A stretch of DNA of 64,000 nt from Thermogemmatispora carboxidivorans. GTDB lineage: Bacteria; Chloroflexota; Ktedonobacteria; Ktedonobacterales; Ktedonobacteraceae. The DNA lies in assembly GCF_000702505.1 (NCBI RefSeq), contig NZ_JNIM01000001.1, forward strand, positions 4,686,327 to 4,750,326. The letters are read 5' to 3'. The notes below the pieces were generated by a model that searched no databases, had not been told where the DNA came from, and saw only the letters and a program-made list of their open reading frames with translations. The position numbers and the translations under genes are program-made. Within the stretch, counting starts at the first letter, position 1, and every line of letters begins with the position of its first letter. Below are positions 24,088 through 33,860 of this stretch, in pieces.

Positions 24088-25359
24088 TCAGCGCCGACGG
24101 CTTTTACTGAGGGCCTTGGAGGAGAAGGTGAAGTTCAAGCCCTGACTCTCGATGAATTGTTGGAAGTGCGCATAGAACTCGCTGCGATCCTGGAGGGTGA
24201 TGACGGCAACAGCGTCGGCAGTCTCGATGGCATAGGGATAGCCCTGACCTCCGGCGATGATCTCGGCTCGCACGACATCAGTAACAGGATCAAGCAGTCC
24301 CTCGTCAACGATCCAGCGCGGGAACTCCAGGCGGGCTGGTGGGCGCTGACTGACGGTCTGTAGATAGCAAAAGGCGATCCGCTCGCGGTAGGGACCGTAG
24401 TGATCGAGGACGTCACCGCGGGCACAGATCATGGCCGGGGTGCGATCGCCCCAACGCAGGCGCCCCTGCCACAGTAGGGCGTCGTGAATGCGCTTGGTCT
24501 CGCGCAGCAAGGGCTGAGGCTGCATGGTATCCAGGCGTAAGAGCATGGTGATGATATCGCGCGCATAGCTGGTGTCGATGTAGCCGATGAGGGGCACGCG
24601 GAAACGCTCCGAAGCCTGCAGCAGGGAAACGGCCCCGGCGATGTAGCGCTCGCGGTAGGGACTGGGCATTGTCAGGGCAAAGGAGACGACCAGGGAGCCA
24701 TCGAAGAAGACCACGGGACTGTGGGCCGGTTCGTCGGGCCGGCGTTGACGGGCCAGCTGTTCCATCTGACTACAGAGGGTCTCGACTTCGAGCTGGAAGC
24801 GGCGCAGCGAGACCTGCAGTTCGGAGTAGGGGTAGCCGCTGGGATCGACGCTTTCGCCGGAAGCCTCTTCCAGGATTTCATCGGGTGCCAGCACTTCGAG
24901 GCGTACGTCTTTGACGTAGGGACGCCCGCGCTGGTGAGGATTGACAAAGAGACCAACCTGGACCAGAGCCACGGGAATCGAGGCGTCGCGCCAGGGCTGA
25001 AGCTGGCTGCCATCCACGGCCAGAGTCGTAATCCCCTCGATACACTCCGCCCACTGCCGCGCCTGCTCGTGATTGGCAAAGCGCTCGGCAAAGCGAAAGA
25101 CGGGGCCGTGATAGTCCTCCTGAGTGGCCGTGACAAGCCAGCGATCGAACTCGATCGTTGGGCGTGCTCCCGCCGGCGGCAAACCCTCCCCGCCAGGCGG
25201 TAGGTGCTGTTCTAGCTGGGCGCTTGAGCGGTAGCGACGATAGAGGGTCTCGAGAGCATGGCGATAGGCGCCCAGCTGATCGCTGTAGGTCCCACCATAG
25301 AGCGTGAACTGGTCCCGTTTGCTGGCCAGGGCGGCTAGTAGCTTCCCTCTATGGAGCAT
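24088..25359 (-). CDS. Putative NurA-like nuclease-domain protein (family assignment tentative)
   Basis: ATG at 25359 preceded by GGGAGGAGG, overlapping the upstream Rad50-like stop by 11 nt. It contains AVDGSQLQPW and VFFDGSLVVSF, (I/V)DGS motifs of the kind reported for NurA catalytic Asp. It lacks the calcineurin-like phosphoesterase motifs (GDxxD, GNH[DE]) of Mre11/SbcD. Confidence 0.45.
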   Translation of the reverse strand: MLHRGKLLAALASKRDQFTLYGGTYSDQLGAYRHALETLYRRYRSSAQLEQHLPPGGEGLPPAGARPTIEFDRWLVTATQEDYHGPVFRFAERFANHEQARQWAECIEGITTLAVDGSQLQPWRDASIPVALVQVGLFVNPHQRGRPYVKDVRLEVLAPDEILEEASGESVDPSGYPYSELQVSLRRFQLEVETLCSQMEQLARQRRPDEPAHSPVVFFDGSLVVSFALTMPSPYRERYIAGAVSLLQASERFRVPLIGYIDTSYARDIITMLLRLDTMQPQPLLRETKRIHDALLWQGRLRWGDRTPAMICARGDVLDHYGPYRERIAFCYLQTVSQRPPARLEFPRWIVDEGLLDPVTDVVRAEIIAGGQGYPYAIETADAVAVITLQDRSEFYAHFQQFIESQGLNFTFSSKALSKSRRR

Positions 25360-28300
25360 GGGCGTGTTCCTCCTCCCGCTCAAAGGCAGCCTGCCATTCC
25401 TCGTCACTGACCAGGAGCGTCTCACCGTTTTCTTTACGCAGGCGGATCAGGCTGTCCAGTCCCTGCTCAAAGGTATCGTCATGGCTGATGACGATGAGCT
25501 GATCAAAACCGCGGACACGCCGAATCTGCTCGGCGAGATTGGTGCGCCGGGTACTGTCCATGTTCTGTGTTGGTTCATCGAAGAAGGCAATGGTCAGGTT
25601 GGAGAGCTTCTTGAGCAGCGCCAGGCGTACAGCCAGGGCAGCGCTCATCTGCTCGCCACCGCTGAGCTGGGCAAAGGTGCGCGTGGCGCTGCGGCTGCGG
25701 ACGACAATCTCGTAGTCATCCTGCCAGCTCAGTTGCGCGCTGCGATCGCCCATGATCTCCCCAAAGATGCGATTGGCCTCGGCGGAGATCTCAGCCAGGC
25801 GGGCACGCAGGATCTGCGGAGCGGCTTCTTTGAGCAGTTGGCGGAAGAGATCGATCGTGCCGCTCAAGTCTTCAAGGGTGCGATATTCCTGCTGTGCGGC
25901 CTCCAGGGCGAGCAGCAGGGCTTCCGCCTGGCCAATGCGCGCCTCCAGTTCCGCAATGCGACCGCGCGTATGCTGGAGAGCAGTGGTGTAGCCCTTGAGG
26001 TCGGCACGCAGCTTCTTGATCTCTTCGTCGGTCCGTTGGAAGGCGGCTTCATCAAAAGCGATCTGGGCCTGGCGATAGCTGCGCTCGGCCTGCTGCAATT
26101 CCTGCTCTGCACCCTGATAGTCGGCAGTTGCCCGTTCGTATGATTGCTGACGCTGAGGCAACTGAAGCGCTCCTTGTTCGTGAGCCAGATAGGTCTGATA
26201 GCCGACCTGAGCCTGCTGGCGCCGGTGCTCTTGCTCGGCCAGGCGCCCATCAAGGTCCTGATAGGCCGCCAGGCGCTCGGCCAGCGCCTGTAGCTCTTGC
26301 TCCAGCCCGGCTTCTTGCCGGAGCAACGCAGCGAGTTGCTCGCGCAGGCCAGGCTCTCGCTCAATGGTAGTCAAAAGGCCGCGAATCTGGCCCGCCGGGT
26401 CATCCAGCTCTCTCAGCTGGGCCTCGACCTCCTTGAGGCGCTCACGGACCCCTTGCAGCTGCTGGACCTGCTGCCGACGCTCTACAAGCTGTTCTTCTAG
26501 TTGCTTGAGCAGCTCCTCAAGCTGTTCCACCTTCGCTCGGAGAACCGGCAAGGCCCGCACGCGCTGATCTGCCAGCTCGCTGGCGCGCCGTGCCTGCTCT
26601 GCCTGAGCGATCTCTTGACCGAGGTTCTGTAGCTCATCCAGGTCCTGGCGGAGGTCATTGACATCGCGCTGTAAGCGCAACAGTTCACCAGCCAGTTGGC
26701 GCAGGCGCTCCGCACACTCGCTCTGCTGGGCTCGATAGTGGCCCAGGCGCTCGTATTCCTGCGCATAGACGCTGAGTCTGGCGATCTGCTCCTCCAGCTC
26801 CTGCTGTTGCTGGCGCAGGTCGGCCAGCTGGGCCTCGTCACTGGCAATGAGCTGCTCGAAATAGGATTCAAGGCTGGCCAGACCTTTCTGGCGAATATTG
26901 AGGCATGGCTCATGGAGCAGAGGGCAGAGGCCGCCGCGCGAACGGCTGTAGGACTCGCGATAGCCATCGATGTTGCCTTCCAGACGATAGCGCCGGGCCG
27001 TCAGCTGGGCTTGCTCTTCGCGCAAAGTGGGCAGGCTTTCCACCTCCTGGCGGTGGGATTCGACCGCGGCTATGGTCTCCTCCAGGTTCCGCAGGCGCTC
27101 AGCGGTTCTGGCACGCTCCTCTTCCTTCTGACGCAGGGTCTCTAGCTTCTCTTGCAGCTGAAGCTGCTTCTGACTGCGCTCCGAGAGGCGAGCCTGCAGC
27201 TGGGTCAGGAGGGCAATGCGTTCAGGAAGCTGGCCAGCCAGCTCCTGCAGTGGCTCGATCTCACGGGCCTGATGCTGCAGTTCTTGTAATCGCTTCAGTT
27301 GCTGTTCTTGTTGACGGCGCAGGCTCCGCCCCTCCTCGACCAGCTCATCATAGCGCTGGACTTGCTGGCGCAGCTCTTCGCGCCGGCGTTCCAGCTCGCG
27401 CTGACGGTCGGCCAGCGGCGATAGCTCAATCACACGCTGGCGAGCCTGCTCGATCTCCTTGAGGGCGGCCTCTACATGGGCTTTGTTGGCGCTCAGGCCG
27501 GCCTGGCGACGCTGAAGAGCAGCCTGTTGCTGGCGCAGGGCGTTCCGCTGGCGCTCGGCCTGGCGCAGCTCCTGCAGAGTGGCCTCCGCCTCCTGATAGG
27601 CCAGATAGGCGGCGCGATTGGCCTCGACCTGGGCCTGGGCCTGGCGCGCCAGCGCCAGCTCCTGCTCGCACTGGCGCAGCCGCTGGCGGGCAGCCTCGCG
27701 TCTCAGCTGGGCCTGCTCGAAGCGGTGGCGCAAATTCAGCAGCTCGTCGCGCTGGCGCTGCAAGAGGGCATAGTGGTTCTCCAGCTCCTCTAATCGGCGC
27801 GTGCCATTGGCGATCAGCTCGGTCTGGCGCTGCTCCTCCTGGCGGGCCTGCTCCCGCTCCTGTCGCCACTGGCCCAGGTCGCGTGTCTCAAAGCTGAGGC
27901 GCTGAATCTCCTGCTGTTGCTGCTGCATCTGATCCTTATAGTAATTCTGGACCTCGCGCAAATAATCGGAGGCGAGGCGGTAGTCCTCGATCTGCAGCAG
28001 CTCATCGAAGGTCTTCTTGCGCTTGGCCGGAGCCTCCAGAAAGATCGCCGTGAAGGTGCCCTGCGGCACGCCGAGGGCGTCCTGAAAGAGCGTCGGCAGG
28101 GGGCGCTCGCGCTCAATGCCGAACAGCTCATGTAGCTTATCGAGCACATCGGTGCGCTGCTCCAGGTGATAGTCGGCTTCGCAATCGTAGAGCTGCCAGT
28201 AAGCGCCGGCGCCACAGCGGCGCTCGACCATATAGCGTCGCTCGTCGTTGCCCAGCAGGTGGACGCGAATCAGGCCATATTTTTCGCCCTCGCGCACAAA

Positions 28301-28471
28301 CTGGCTATGCTTATAGGGCAAGGCATCGAAGAGGGCAAAGCCAATGGCCTCGACCAGGGTGGTCTTACCAGCCCCATTGGCTCCCTGAATAGCTGTCGTC
28401 CCCCGTCGGAACTCGACGGCCAGATGACGATAGCTCTTGATATTCTCCAGCTCAAGACGAGTAATCAACAT
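25349..28471 (-). CDS. Rad50/SbcC-like SMC-type ABC ATPase
   Basis: N-terminal Walker A (IQGANGAGKTTL). A ~700-aa Q/E/R/L-rich coiled coil has a central CPLLHEPC Cys pair (hook-like). The C-terminal signature is SGGEQ, with Walker B IAFFDEPT and H-loop VISHD. Confidence 0.85.
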   Translation of the reverse strand: MLITRLELENIKSYRHLAVEFRRGTTAIQGANGAGKTTLVEAIGFALFDALPYKHSQFVREGEKYGLIRVHLLGNDERRYMVERRCGAGAYWQLYDCEADYHLEQRTDVLDKLHELFGIERERPLPTLFQDALGVPQGTFTAIFLEAPAKRKKTFDELLQIEDYRLASDYLREVQNYYKDQMQQQQQEIQRLSFETRDLGQWRQEREQARQEEQRQTELIANGTRRLEELENHYALLQRQRDELLNLRHRFEQAQLRREAARQRLRQCEQELALARQAQAQVEANRAAYLAYQEAEATLQELRQAERQRNALRQQQAALQRRQAGLSANKAHVEAALKEIEQARQRVIELSPLADRQRELERRREELRQQVQRYDELVEEGRSLRRQQEQQLKRLQELQHQAREIEPLQELAGQLPERIALLTQLQARLSERSQKQLQLQEKLETLRQKEEERARTAERLRNLEETIAAVESHRQEVESLPTLREEQAQLTARRYRLEGNIDGYRESYSRSRGGLCPLLHEPCLNIRQKGLASLESYFEQLIASDEAQLADLRQQQQELEEQIARLSVYAQEYERLGHYRAQQSECAERLRQLAGELLRLQRDVNDLRQDLDELQNLGQEIAQAEQARRASELADQRVRALPVLRAKVEQLEELLKQLEEQLVERRQQVQQLQGVRERLKEVEAQLRELDDPAGQIRGLLTTIEREPGLREQLAALLRQEAGLEQELQALAERLAAYQDLDGRLAEQEHRRQQAQVGYQTYLAHEQGALQLPQRQQSYERATADYQGAEQELQQAERSYRQAQIAFDEAAFQRTDEEIKKLRADLKGYTTALQHTRGRIAELEARIGQAEALLLALEAAQQEYRTLEDLSGTIDLFRQLLKEAAPQILRARLAEISAEANRIFGEIMGDRSAQLSWQDDYEIVVRSRSATRTFAQLSGGEQMSAALAVRLALLKKLSNLTIAFFDEPTQNMDSTRRTNLAEQIRRVRGFDQLIVISHDDTFEQGLDSLIRLRKENGETLLVSDEEWQAAFEREEEHAHAP

Positions 28472-28806
28472 GCCACACTAGCCTTCTGCACTGCACTACA
28501 CTGCCCTGCTCCCTGCGGGGAGTCTGCAGCGATCTTTCCTCTGGCTCCCCTCTGTGGACGAGGCGCACCATTCACCCTCCTGCACTGGTGGGCAGCGGCG
28601 AGAGGCGAAGGCAGCCCAAAGAGGACGCAAAAACCCTGCTCAGGAACAAGGCTATGCTTGTTGTTTCTTCTCTGCGAGGCCGAAAGCGGTAGCTCCCAGG
28701 CGCATTATACCATGCCCGCGCCTGAAACACAGCATCGCCTTACCGCGTGTCAGGGGAAGGAAGACGAGAGAAGAGAAACAGGACAGCACAGACAGAGGAG
28801 TCTTTC

Positions 28807-29811
28807 ATGCAGCACCTTCCATCTCTTTTCAAGACGAGCAAACGAACTCGCAGAGGAATAGCGAGTCTCCTGCTTCTGGGAATGAGCCTGGCCCTGGTTC
28901 TCAGCGCCTGCCAGGTAAGCCTGACGCCGGTGCAGCAGGGCAGCGGCCAGCTGCCTGTCGGTCAGGTCTTGCAGAAGAGCAGCCAGACCATGCAGAAGCT
29001 GAAGAGCTTCGCCTTTAACCTCACCGCCAGCGGCACGCTGCAGGGCACCGCTCAGGGAACGGCCACCGCCGTCAGCGGCGCAACCCCAGCGCCAGCGTCC
29101 GCCACGCCTTCAGCCACGGCCAGCGCCACCCCCACGGTCAGCCTGAGCTTCAATCTCACTGGCAACGGACAGCAATCGCTGCCCGATGGCAAGCAGGCCC
29201 TGAATCTAACGCTCAACCAGAGCACCAGGCTGGCAGAGATCATCATCGGCCAGCAGGTCTACCTGCAGAATCCGCGTGGCCAGTGGTACGTCATCGACGC
29301 CTCTCGACTGGAGACAGCCAGCGGCAACCTCCTGGCTGGCTGGAAGCTAGACACCAATACTCTCCTGGCGCTGGCACTACACAGTAGCATCGCGGACCAC
29401 GGGGACGAGACCCTCAATGGCCAGAGCCTGCGCCATATCAGCGCCACCCTCGACAGAGAGGGCCTGCGTCAACTGCTCACGAGCAATACCCAGCTCAGCA
29501 ACCTGCTGGGAAGCCAAAATCTCAATAGCCTGGTCGATCATACGCGCAGCTTCCAGGCTACGCTCGATCTCTGGATCGACGAAACGCAGTTCTACCTGCA
29601 CCGCGTGCAGCTCAAGCTCGCCATGAATGCCGACACCAGCGGCCTGCTGACCCCAGTCGCCGGCGTAGCAACCACGCTGCTGCCTCCGACCTTGCTGGTG
29701 AATCTCAGCAGCAGCGCCGACCTTAGCCAGTTCAACCAGCCTGTGAACATCAACGCCCCGGCGAACGCTATCCCGACCGACGACCCTCGCACCGTCTTCG
29801 AGATGAGCTAA
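28807..29811 (+). CDS. Secreted lipoprotein, paralog 1 (lipobox LSAC)
   Basis: ATG at 28807. Signal peptide + lipobox LVLSAC; Thr/Ala/Ser-rich linker. C-terminal motif ...FNQPVNINAPANAIPTDDP... is shared with the downstream paralog. Confidence 0.65.
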   Translation: MQHLPSLFKTSKRTRRGIASLLLLGMSLALVLSACQVSLTPVQQGSGQLPVGQVLQKSSQTMQKLKSFAFNLTASGTLQGTAQGTATAVSGATPAPASATPSATASATPTVSLSFNLTGNGQQSLPDGKQALNLTLNQSTRLAEIIIGQQVYLQNPRGQWYVIDASRLETASGNLLAGWKLDTNTLLALALHSSIADHGDETLNGQSLRHISATLDREGLRQLLTSNTQLSNLLGSQNLNSLVDHTRSFQATLDLWIDETQFYLHRVQLKLAMNADTSGLLTPVAGVATTLLPPTLLVNLSSSADLSQFNQPVNINAPANAIPTDDPRTVFEMS

Positions 29812-30089
29812 GGCGAGCTGTGCCTTCACCAGAGGCGGAAGAGAAAAACGGCCACGCGCAGCCGCGATGCGGCCCATGCAGATGGCTTGCTCGCAGGCCG
29901 CGCGTGGCTTTGTCTGATTGCAGCCTCACTCACTACAGCCCACGGTGGTACGGCGGCAGCATGGCAAGGCTCACTGCCCGGGCACCAGATCACCGGGTGC
30001 CACTTGTGATAAAGAAGATTTGATAAGGAAGAAGGCAGTGCGTCTATCTTTCCACAGAGAAAAAGAACACCGTACGAAAGGAGCTTGCC

Positions 30090-31034
30090 ATGCTTATCCG
30101 CCGGCTACCGATCAGTTCGCTTCTTGCCGTTCTGCTCGGTCTGACGCTTCTGCTCAGTGCCTGCGGAACCGCCAGCAGCAGCAACAGCGGCGTTACCAAG
30201 AGCACACTCACTGCAGGGCAGGTACTGCAAAAAGCGGTTACGAGCATGCAGCATCTAAAGACAGCGCATTTCGACTTTTCCCTAACGGAAAACTTCCAGA
30301 TGCAAAGTCAGGGAACAGCTACGCCAACCAGCCAGAGCAGTGCCATGCCCAACAACCTGACCCTGTCAATGCAAGGCAGCAGCGATGAGGCTTTTCCAGG
30401 GGAGGCTTCGGCCCAGATCAAAGTGAGTGTGCCCGGCCTTGGCACGAACCAGCAGCTGAACGAGATCATCAAAGATGGCAAGGTTTACATCCAGAACAAG
30501 CAAGGACAGTGGTACGTTCTCGAGCAAAGCAGCCTGACCGGCACGAGCAGCTTCCTGGGAGCGATTAACAGCGACCAGTACAGCCGCCTGCTCGCCCTGG
30601 CGCAGAAGGCCCAGCTTACGGACCACGGTGATCAGAGCCTCCACGGCCAGAACCTGCGCCACATCAGCGTCACCTTTGGCAAGGATGCCCTCAAAGACCT
30701 GCTCAACTCCTTTGAACAGCTGCCCAGCGGCCTCAGCCAGAGCGATCTACAGCAGATTGAGCAGGCCACGACCCTGCAACAGGCCAACCTGGAACTCTGG
30801 ATCGATGAACAGAGCTTCTACGTCCACGAACTGGGGCTTAACATGAAGATGGACCTCGATCTGAACAAGCTGGTGCAGGCCACGCCGACAACCAGCAGCT
30901 CCGGCCTCAGCGGCGTTTTCGCCATTCAGACCAATGCCACCGTGGACTACAGCAAGTTCAACCAGCCCGTCAGCATTAACGCGCCGGCCAACGCCACACC
31001 CACCGATAACCCCTTGACCATCTTCCAGCAGTAA
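30090..31034 (+). CDS. Secreted lipoprotein, paralog 2 (lipobox LSAC)
   Basis: MLIRRLPISSLLAVLLGLTLLLSACG. Collinear similarity to paralog 1 (GQVLQK..MQ.LK, ...HGD.SL.GQ.LRHIS.T..., LELWIDE.SFY.H, FNQPV.INAPANA.PTD.P). Confidence 0.65.
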   Translation: MLIRRLPISSLLAVLLGLTLLLSACGTASSSNSGVTKSTLTAGQVLQKAVTSMQHLKTAHFDFSLTENFQMQSQGTATPTSQSSAMPNNLTLSMQGSSDEAFPGEASAQIKVSVPGLGTNQQLNEIIKDGKVYIQNKQGQWYVLEQSSLTGTSSFLGAINSDQYSRLLALAQKAQLTDHGDQSLHGQNLRHISVTFGKDALKDLLNSFEQLPSGLSQSDLQQIEQATTLQQANLELWIDEQSFYVHELGLNMKMDLDLNKLVQATPTTSSSGLSGVFAIQTNATVDYSKFNQPVSINAPANATPTDNPLTIFQQ

Positions 31035-31226
31035 GCGTCAAAGCAGGATGGGTAGCCGTCATCCTCCGTCCGCTGAGGAGCCCAGCGAGACAAGACAGCC
31101 TGCCCCCTGCCCCAAAAAAAGCGAGGGCAGAGCCGACCGGGCAGCGGTCGGTCATGTCCTCGCCCTACCTTCCTTAGAAGGCGTTTCTCTCCGAAACCTG
31201 AAGGCAGCCGGAGTCAGCCAGGCAGG

Positions 31227-32798
31227 CTAGTCGCGGCCTGGGCGCTCCAGCTCAGTCTGATCGGCATACTGCGGGGCATAGGCGCGCATCCGCTGCTGCT
31301 GCTCACGAATCAGCTCGGCCCGCTGACGCAGCGCGCGGGCGGCTCGTGCGGCATCGAAGCTGACCAGACGACTCAGCTCAGGATCGTTGGCCACCGCCTC
31401 AAAGCGCGCCGCGAACGAGGCAATCGTCTCCGGATCAGTAATACGTCCCTCCCGGACCGCATTATACGTGCTGACCAGGATTTCCTCTTTCAAGGTCCTG
31501 GGAGAGGACGGAGCAGCGGCAGCCTTACCTGACTCAGAGGGTCCGGCGGAGGCTTTCCCCAGGACAGGGCCAGGGGCGAGATCAGCCGCGCGAGCTGTAG
31601 CCGCCAGGCTCTGGCCAGCGCCGGCTCCAGCCGGTGAACTCGCTCCCCCCACGCCCTCAGCGCCGTTGCCCGTCCTGGCGCCGCTGGCCTTGACCGTCTC
31701 CATCGCATCCGTATCGGGCGGCAGCGAGCCACGCGGTACCACCGCCACATCATGAATATGTACCCAGTGGACCTGGACACCCCAGATCGCCACCTGATCC
31801 TGCATACGCTCCGTCAGCTCGCTGTTGATCACCTCCCAGCTCGTAGCCCCTTCCTCATAAGGGGAGACCTCGTAGACCGGAGAGCGACGCGCCAGGAAAT
31901 ACCCCACGCTGAAGGTCGAGGCCACTGCCTGGATCGTTGTCAGCAAGAGCTGCTGAAGGCTGACCTCCCAATCGTTGACCTCGGTCACCGCCAGATGGGC
32001 ATCTTCTGGCAACAGCTGATAGCAAACTGTCGCCGAGAGATAGACATCCTCCTCGGGGGTCAGATGCACTACCTGGGGCGGGCAGGTCCACTGCGTGCGC
32101 CGCGTATTCAGGCGCTGAGCCACCCGCTCCCAGGGGAGGAGCACATTCGGCCCCGGGAAAAGCGTGCGTCGATATTGCCCAAAAGCGAAAACCAGATCGA
32201 CATAGCCCTCGGGGACAGGATGGAGCAGATAGCGCAGCAGGAGAACCCCAGCCACGACCATCAGCAGCAAGAGGATCAGACTGACCAGAGGACCGAAGAG
32301 CGCAAAGGAGCCAGCCACAAGAAAGAGCCCTACGCCGCAAGCCAGCGCCAGCGACCACAACACCACGTTATCGGCGGCATAATACAACATGACGCCGTGC
32401 AGGATCGCGATCGCCAGCAGGATCAGAGCCGCCGGCAAGAGGCCAGCATGGGACAAGTAAGCCTTGCCATGCAAAGCAGCTGGCACCAGGAGCAAGAAGG
32501 TCACAGCACCAAATAGCAGCGGAAGGAACAGCGGAGAAAACTGCTTGAACGTCAGCCACAGCGTTTCAATGCGTGAGGAAGGATAGCCATCATCGGCCAG
32601 TCCTTCGGTATCTGCCTCTGTCTCAGGCAGAGGGGAAACGGATGGTGAGGCATCAGGGGTATATGGACCCTGGCGGGCGGCGAAAGCCGCCTGCGATTCC
32701 TGGGCCGGGGCTGCCCAAACCGCGCTGGTCACGGGATCATCAGCCTGGCCCGGGTCCATCCATTGTGAAGACATAGACGCGCCTCCCTCTCTCAGCAC
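31227..32798 (-). CDS. SPFH/band-7 (stomatin-like) membrane protein with Ala/Gly-rich linker and helical C-terminal domain
   Basis: Two TM segments precede an SPFH-like core (...DLVFAFGQYRRTLFPGPNVLLPWERV...). A low-complexity linker and a C-terminal helical region follow. Confidence 0.65.
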   Translation of the reverse strand: MLREGGASMSSQWMDPGQADDPVTSAVWAAPAQESQAAFAARQGPYTPDASPSVSPLPETEADTEGLADDGYPSSRIETLWLTFKQFSPLFLPLLFGAVTFLLLVPAALHGKAYLSHAGLLPAALILLAIAILHGVMLYYAADNVVLWSLALACGVGLFLVAGSFALFGPLVSLILLLLMVVAGVLLLRYLLHPVPEGYVDLVFAFGQYRRTLFPGPNVLLPWERVAQRLNTRRTQWTCPPQVVHLTPEEDVYLSATVCYQLLPEDAHLAVTEVNDWEVSLQQLLLTTIQAVASTFSVGYFLARRSPVYEVSPYEEGATSWEVINSELTERMQDQVAIWGVQVHWVHIHDVAVVPRGSLPPDTDAMETVKASGARTGNGAEGVGGASSPAGAGAGQSLAATARAADLAPGPVLGKASAGPSESGKAAAAPSSPRTLKEEILVSTYNAVREGRITDPETIASFAARFEAVANDPELSRLVSFDAARAARALRQRAELIREQQQRMRAYAPQYADQTELERPGRD

Positions 32799-32807
32799 CT
32801 GAAGAAG

Positions 32808-33860
32808 TTAATCGGCCCGTTGCTGATTGCTAGTTATATTGCCGGCGCTGCAACCCGACCTGCAGCCGCCCTGGGAGCCGCAGCGCGGACAAGGGCCAGC
32901 GCCCGAGCTACCGCAACTACAACTGCCACTCGCGCTGGAAGTGGCAGGCTCCTCCTGGCGATGAGGATTCAGTCGGCAGGTCTGGCAACAACCGCCCCCC
33001 CCGGATGAGGCACGCCCTGAACCTGGGCCAGGGCCTTGCTCTTGTCGCTGGGGAGCAGGGATCTGGATGGTCGCCCCGCTCTCCAGCATGACCTCGACCG
33101 TTTCCTTGGGCACATTGATCGAAACCACCTTGCCAGGTCCACTCGGCGTCTCCAGGACCGTTCCGATCTGCGGCATACGCTTCTTGGCCTGAATATAGTT
33201 CTCATTCTCGTATGACAGGCAACAGAGCAAACGGCCACAGACTCCCGAAATCTTGGCAGGATTGAGGGGGAGTCCCTGCTCCTTAGCCATCTTGATTGAG
33301 ATGATGCCGAAATCACTGATCCAGGAGCTGCAGCAGAGCGTCTTGCCACAGGGACCAACACCGCCCTGAAGCTTGGCCTGATCGCGAGCCCCGATCTGAC
33401 GCAGCTCGATGCGCGTGCGAAAGGTCGCTGCCAGGTCGCGCACCAGGGCCCGAAAGTCGACGCGCTCATCCGAGGTGAAATAGAACGTCAAACGGCTCCC
33501 ATCAAAAGTATACTCCGCCTCCACCAATTTCATAGGAAGCTTGTGCTGAGCAATACGCTGCGCACAGCGGACCAGCGCCTCCTTCTCCTTACTTTTATAG
33601 GAGAGCATCATGCGCAGCTCTTCCTCGGTTGCCAGGCGGAGCACAGGTTTCAGGGGGTCACTCAGCTCGCTTTCTGCCACCTTTTTCGCGGGGATCACTA
33701 CGCGGCCCGCCTCCACCCCACGCACCGTCTCGACGATCACATACTGGCCTGTGCGATAGGTTTGTCCCTGGGGATCAAAATAATAAATGCGCCCGGCGGG
33801 ACGGAACCGGATACCGACAACCGTCACAACGTTCTCAGTAGCAGAAACTGTCGGCTGCAT
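32808..33860 (-). CDS. PSP1 C-terminal domain protein (RicT/YaaT-like) with Cys-rich C-terminal tail
   Basis: GPCGKTLCCSSWI...GVCGRLLCCLSYE is the PSP1/RicT core Cys motif. An additional GGGGCCQTCR...SCSCGSSGAGPCPRCGSQGGCRSGCS tail is present. Confidence 0.8.
   Translation of the reverse strand: MQPTVSATENVVTVVGIRFRPAGRIYYFDPQGQTYRTGQYVIVETVRGVEAGRVVIPAKKVAESELSDPLKPVLRLATEEELRMMLSYKSKEKEALVRCAQRIAQHKLPMKLVEAEYTFDGSRLTFYFTSDERVDFRALVRDLAATFRTRIELRQIGARDQAKLQGGVGPCGKTLCCSSWISDFGIISIKMAKEQGLPLNPAKISGVCGRLLCCLSYENENYIQAKKRMPQIGTVLETPSGPGKVVSINVPKETVEVMLESGATIQIPAPQRQEQGPGPGSGRASSGGGGCCQTCRLNPHRQEEPATSSASGSCSCGSSGAGPCPRCGSQGGCRSGCSAGNITSNQQRAD

Noticed and set aside
24088-25359. Calling the Rad50 partner an Mre11/SbcD nuclease
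   Set aside because: None of the calcineurin-like phosphoesterase motifs (DxH near the N-terminus, GDxxD, GNH[DE], GH pairs) are present. The (I/V)DGS motifs point instead, tentatively, to a NurA-like fold.
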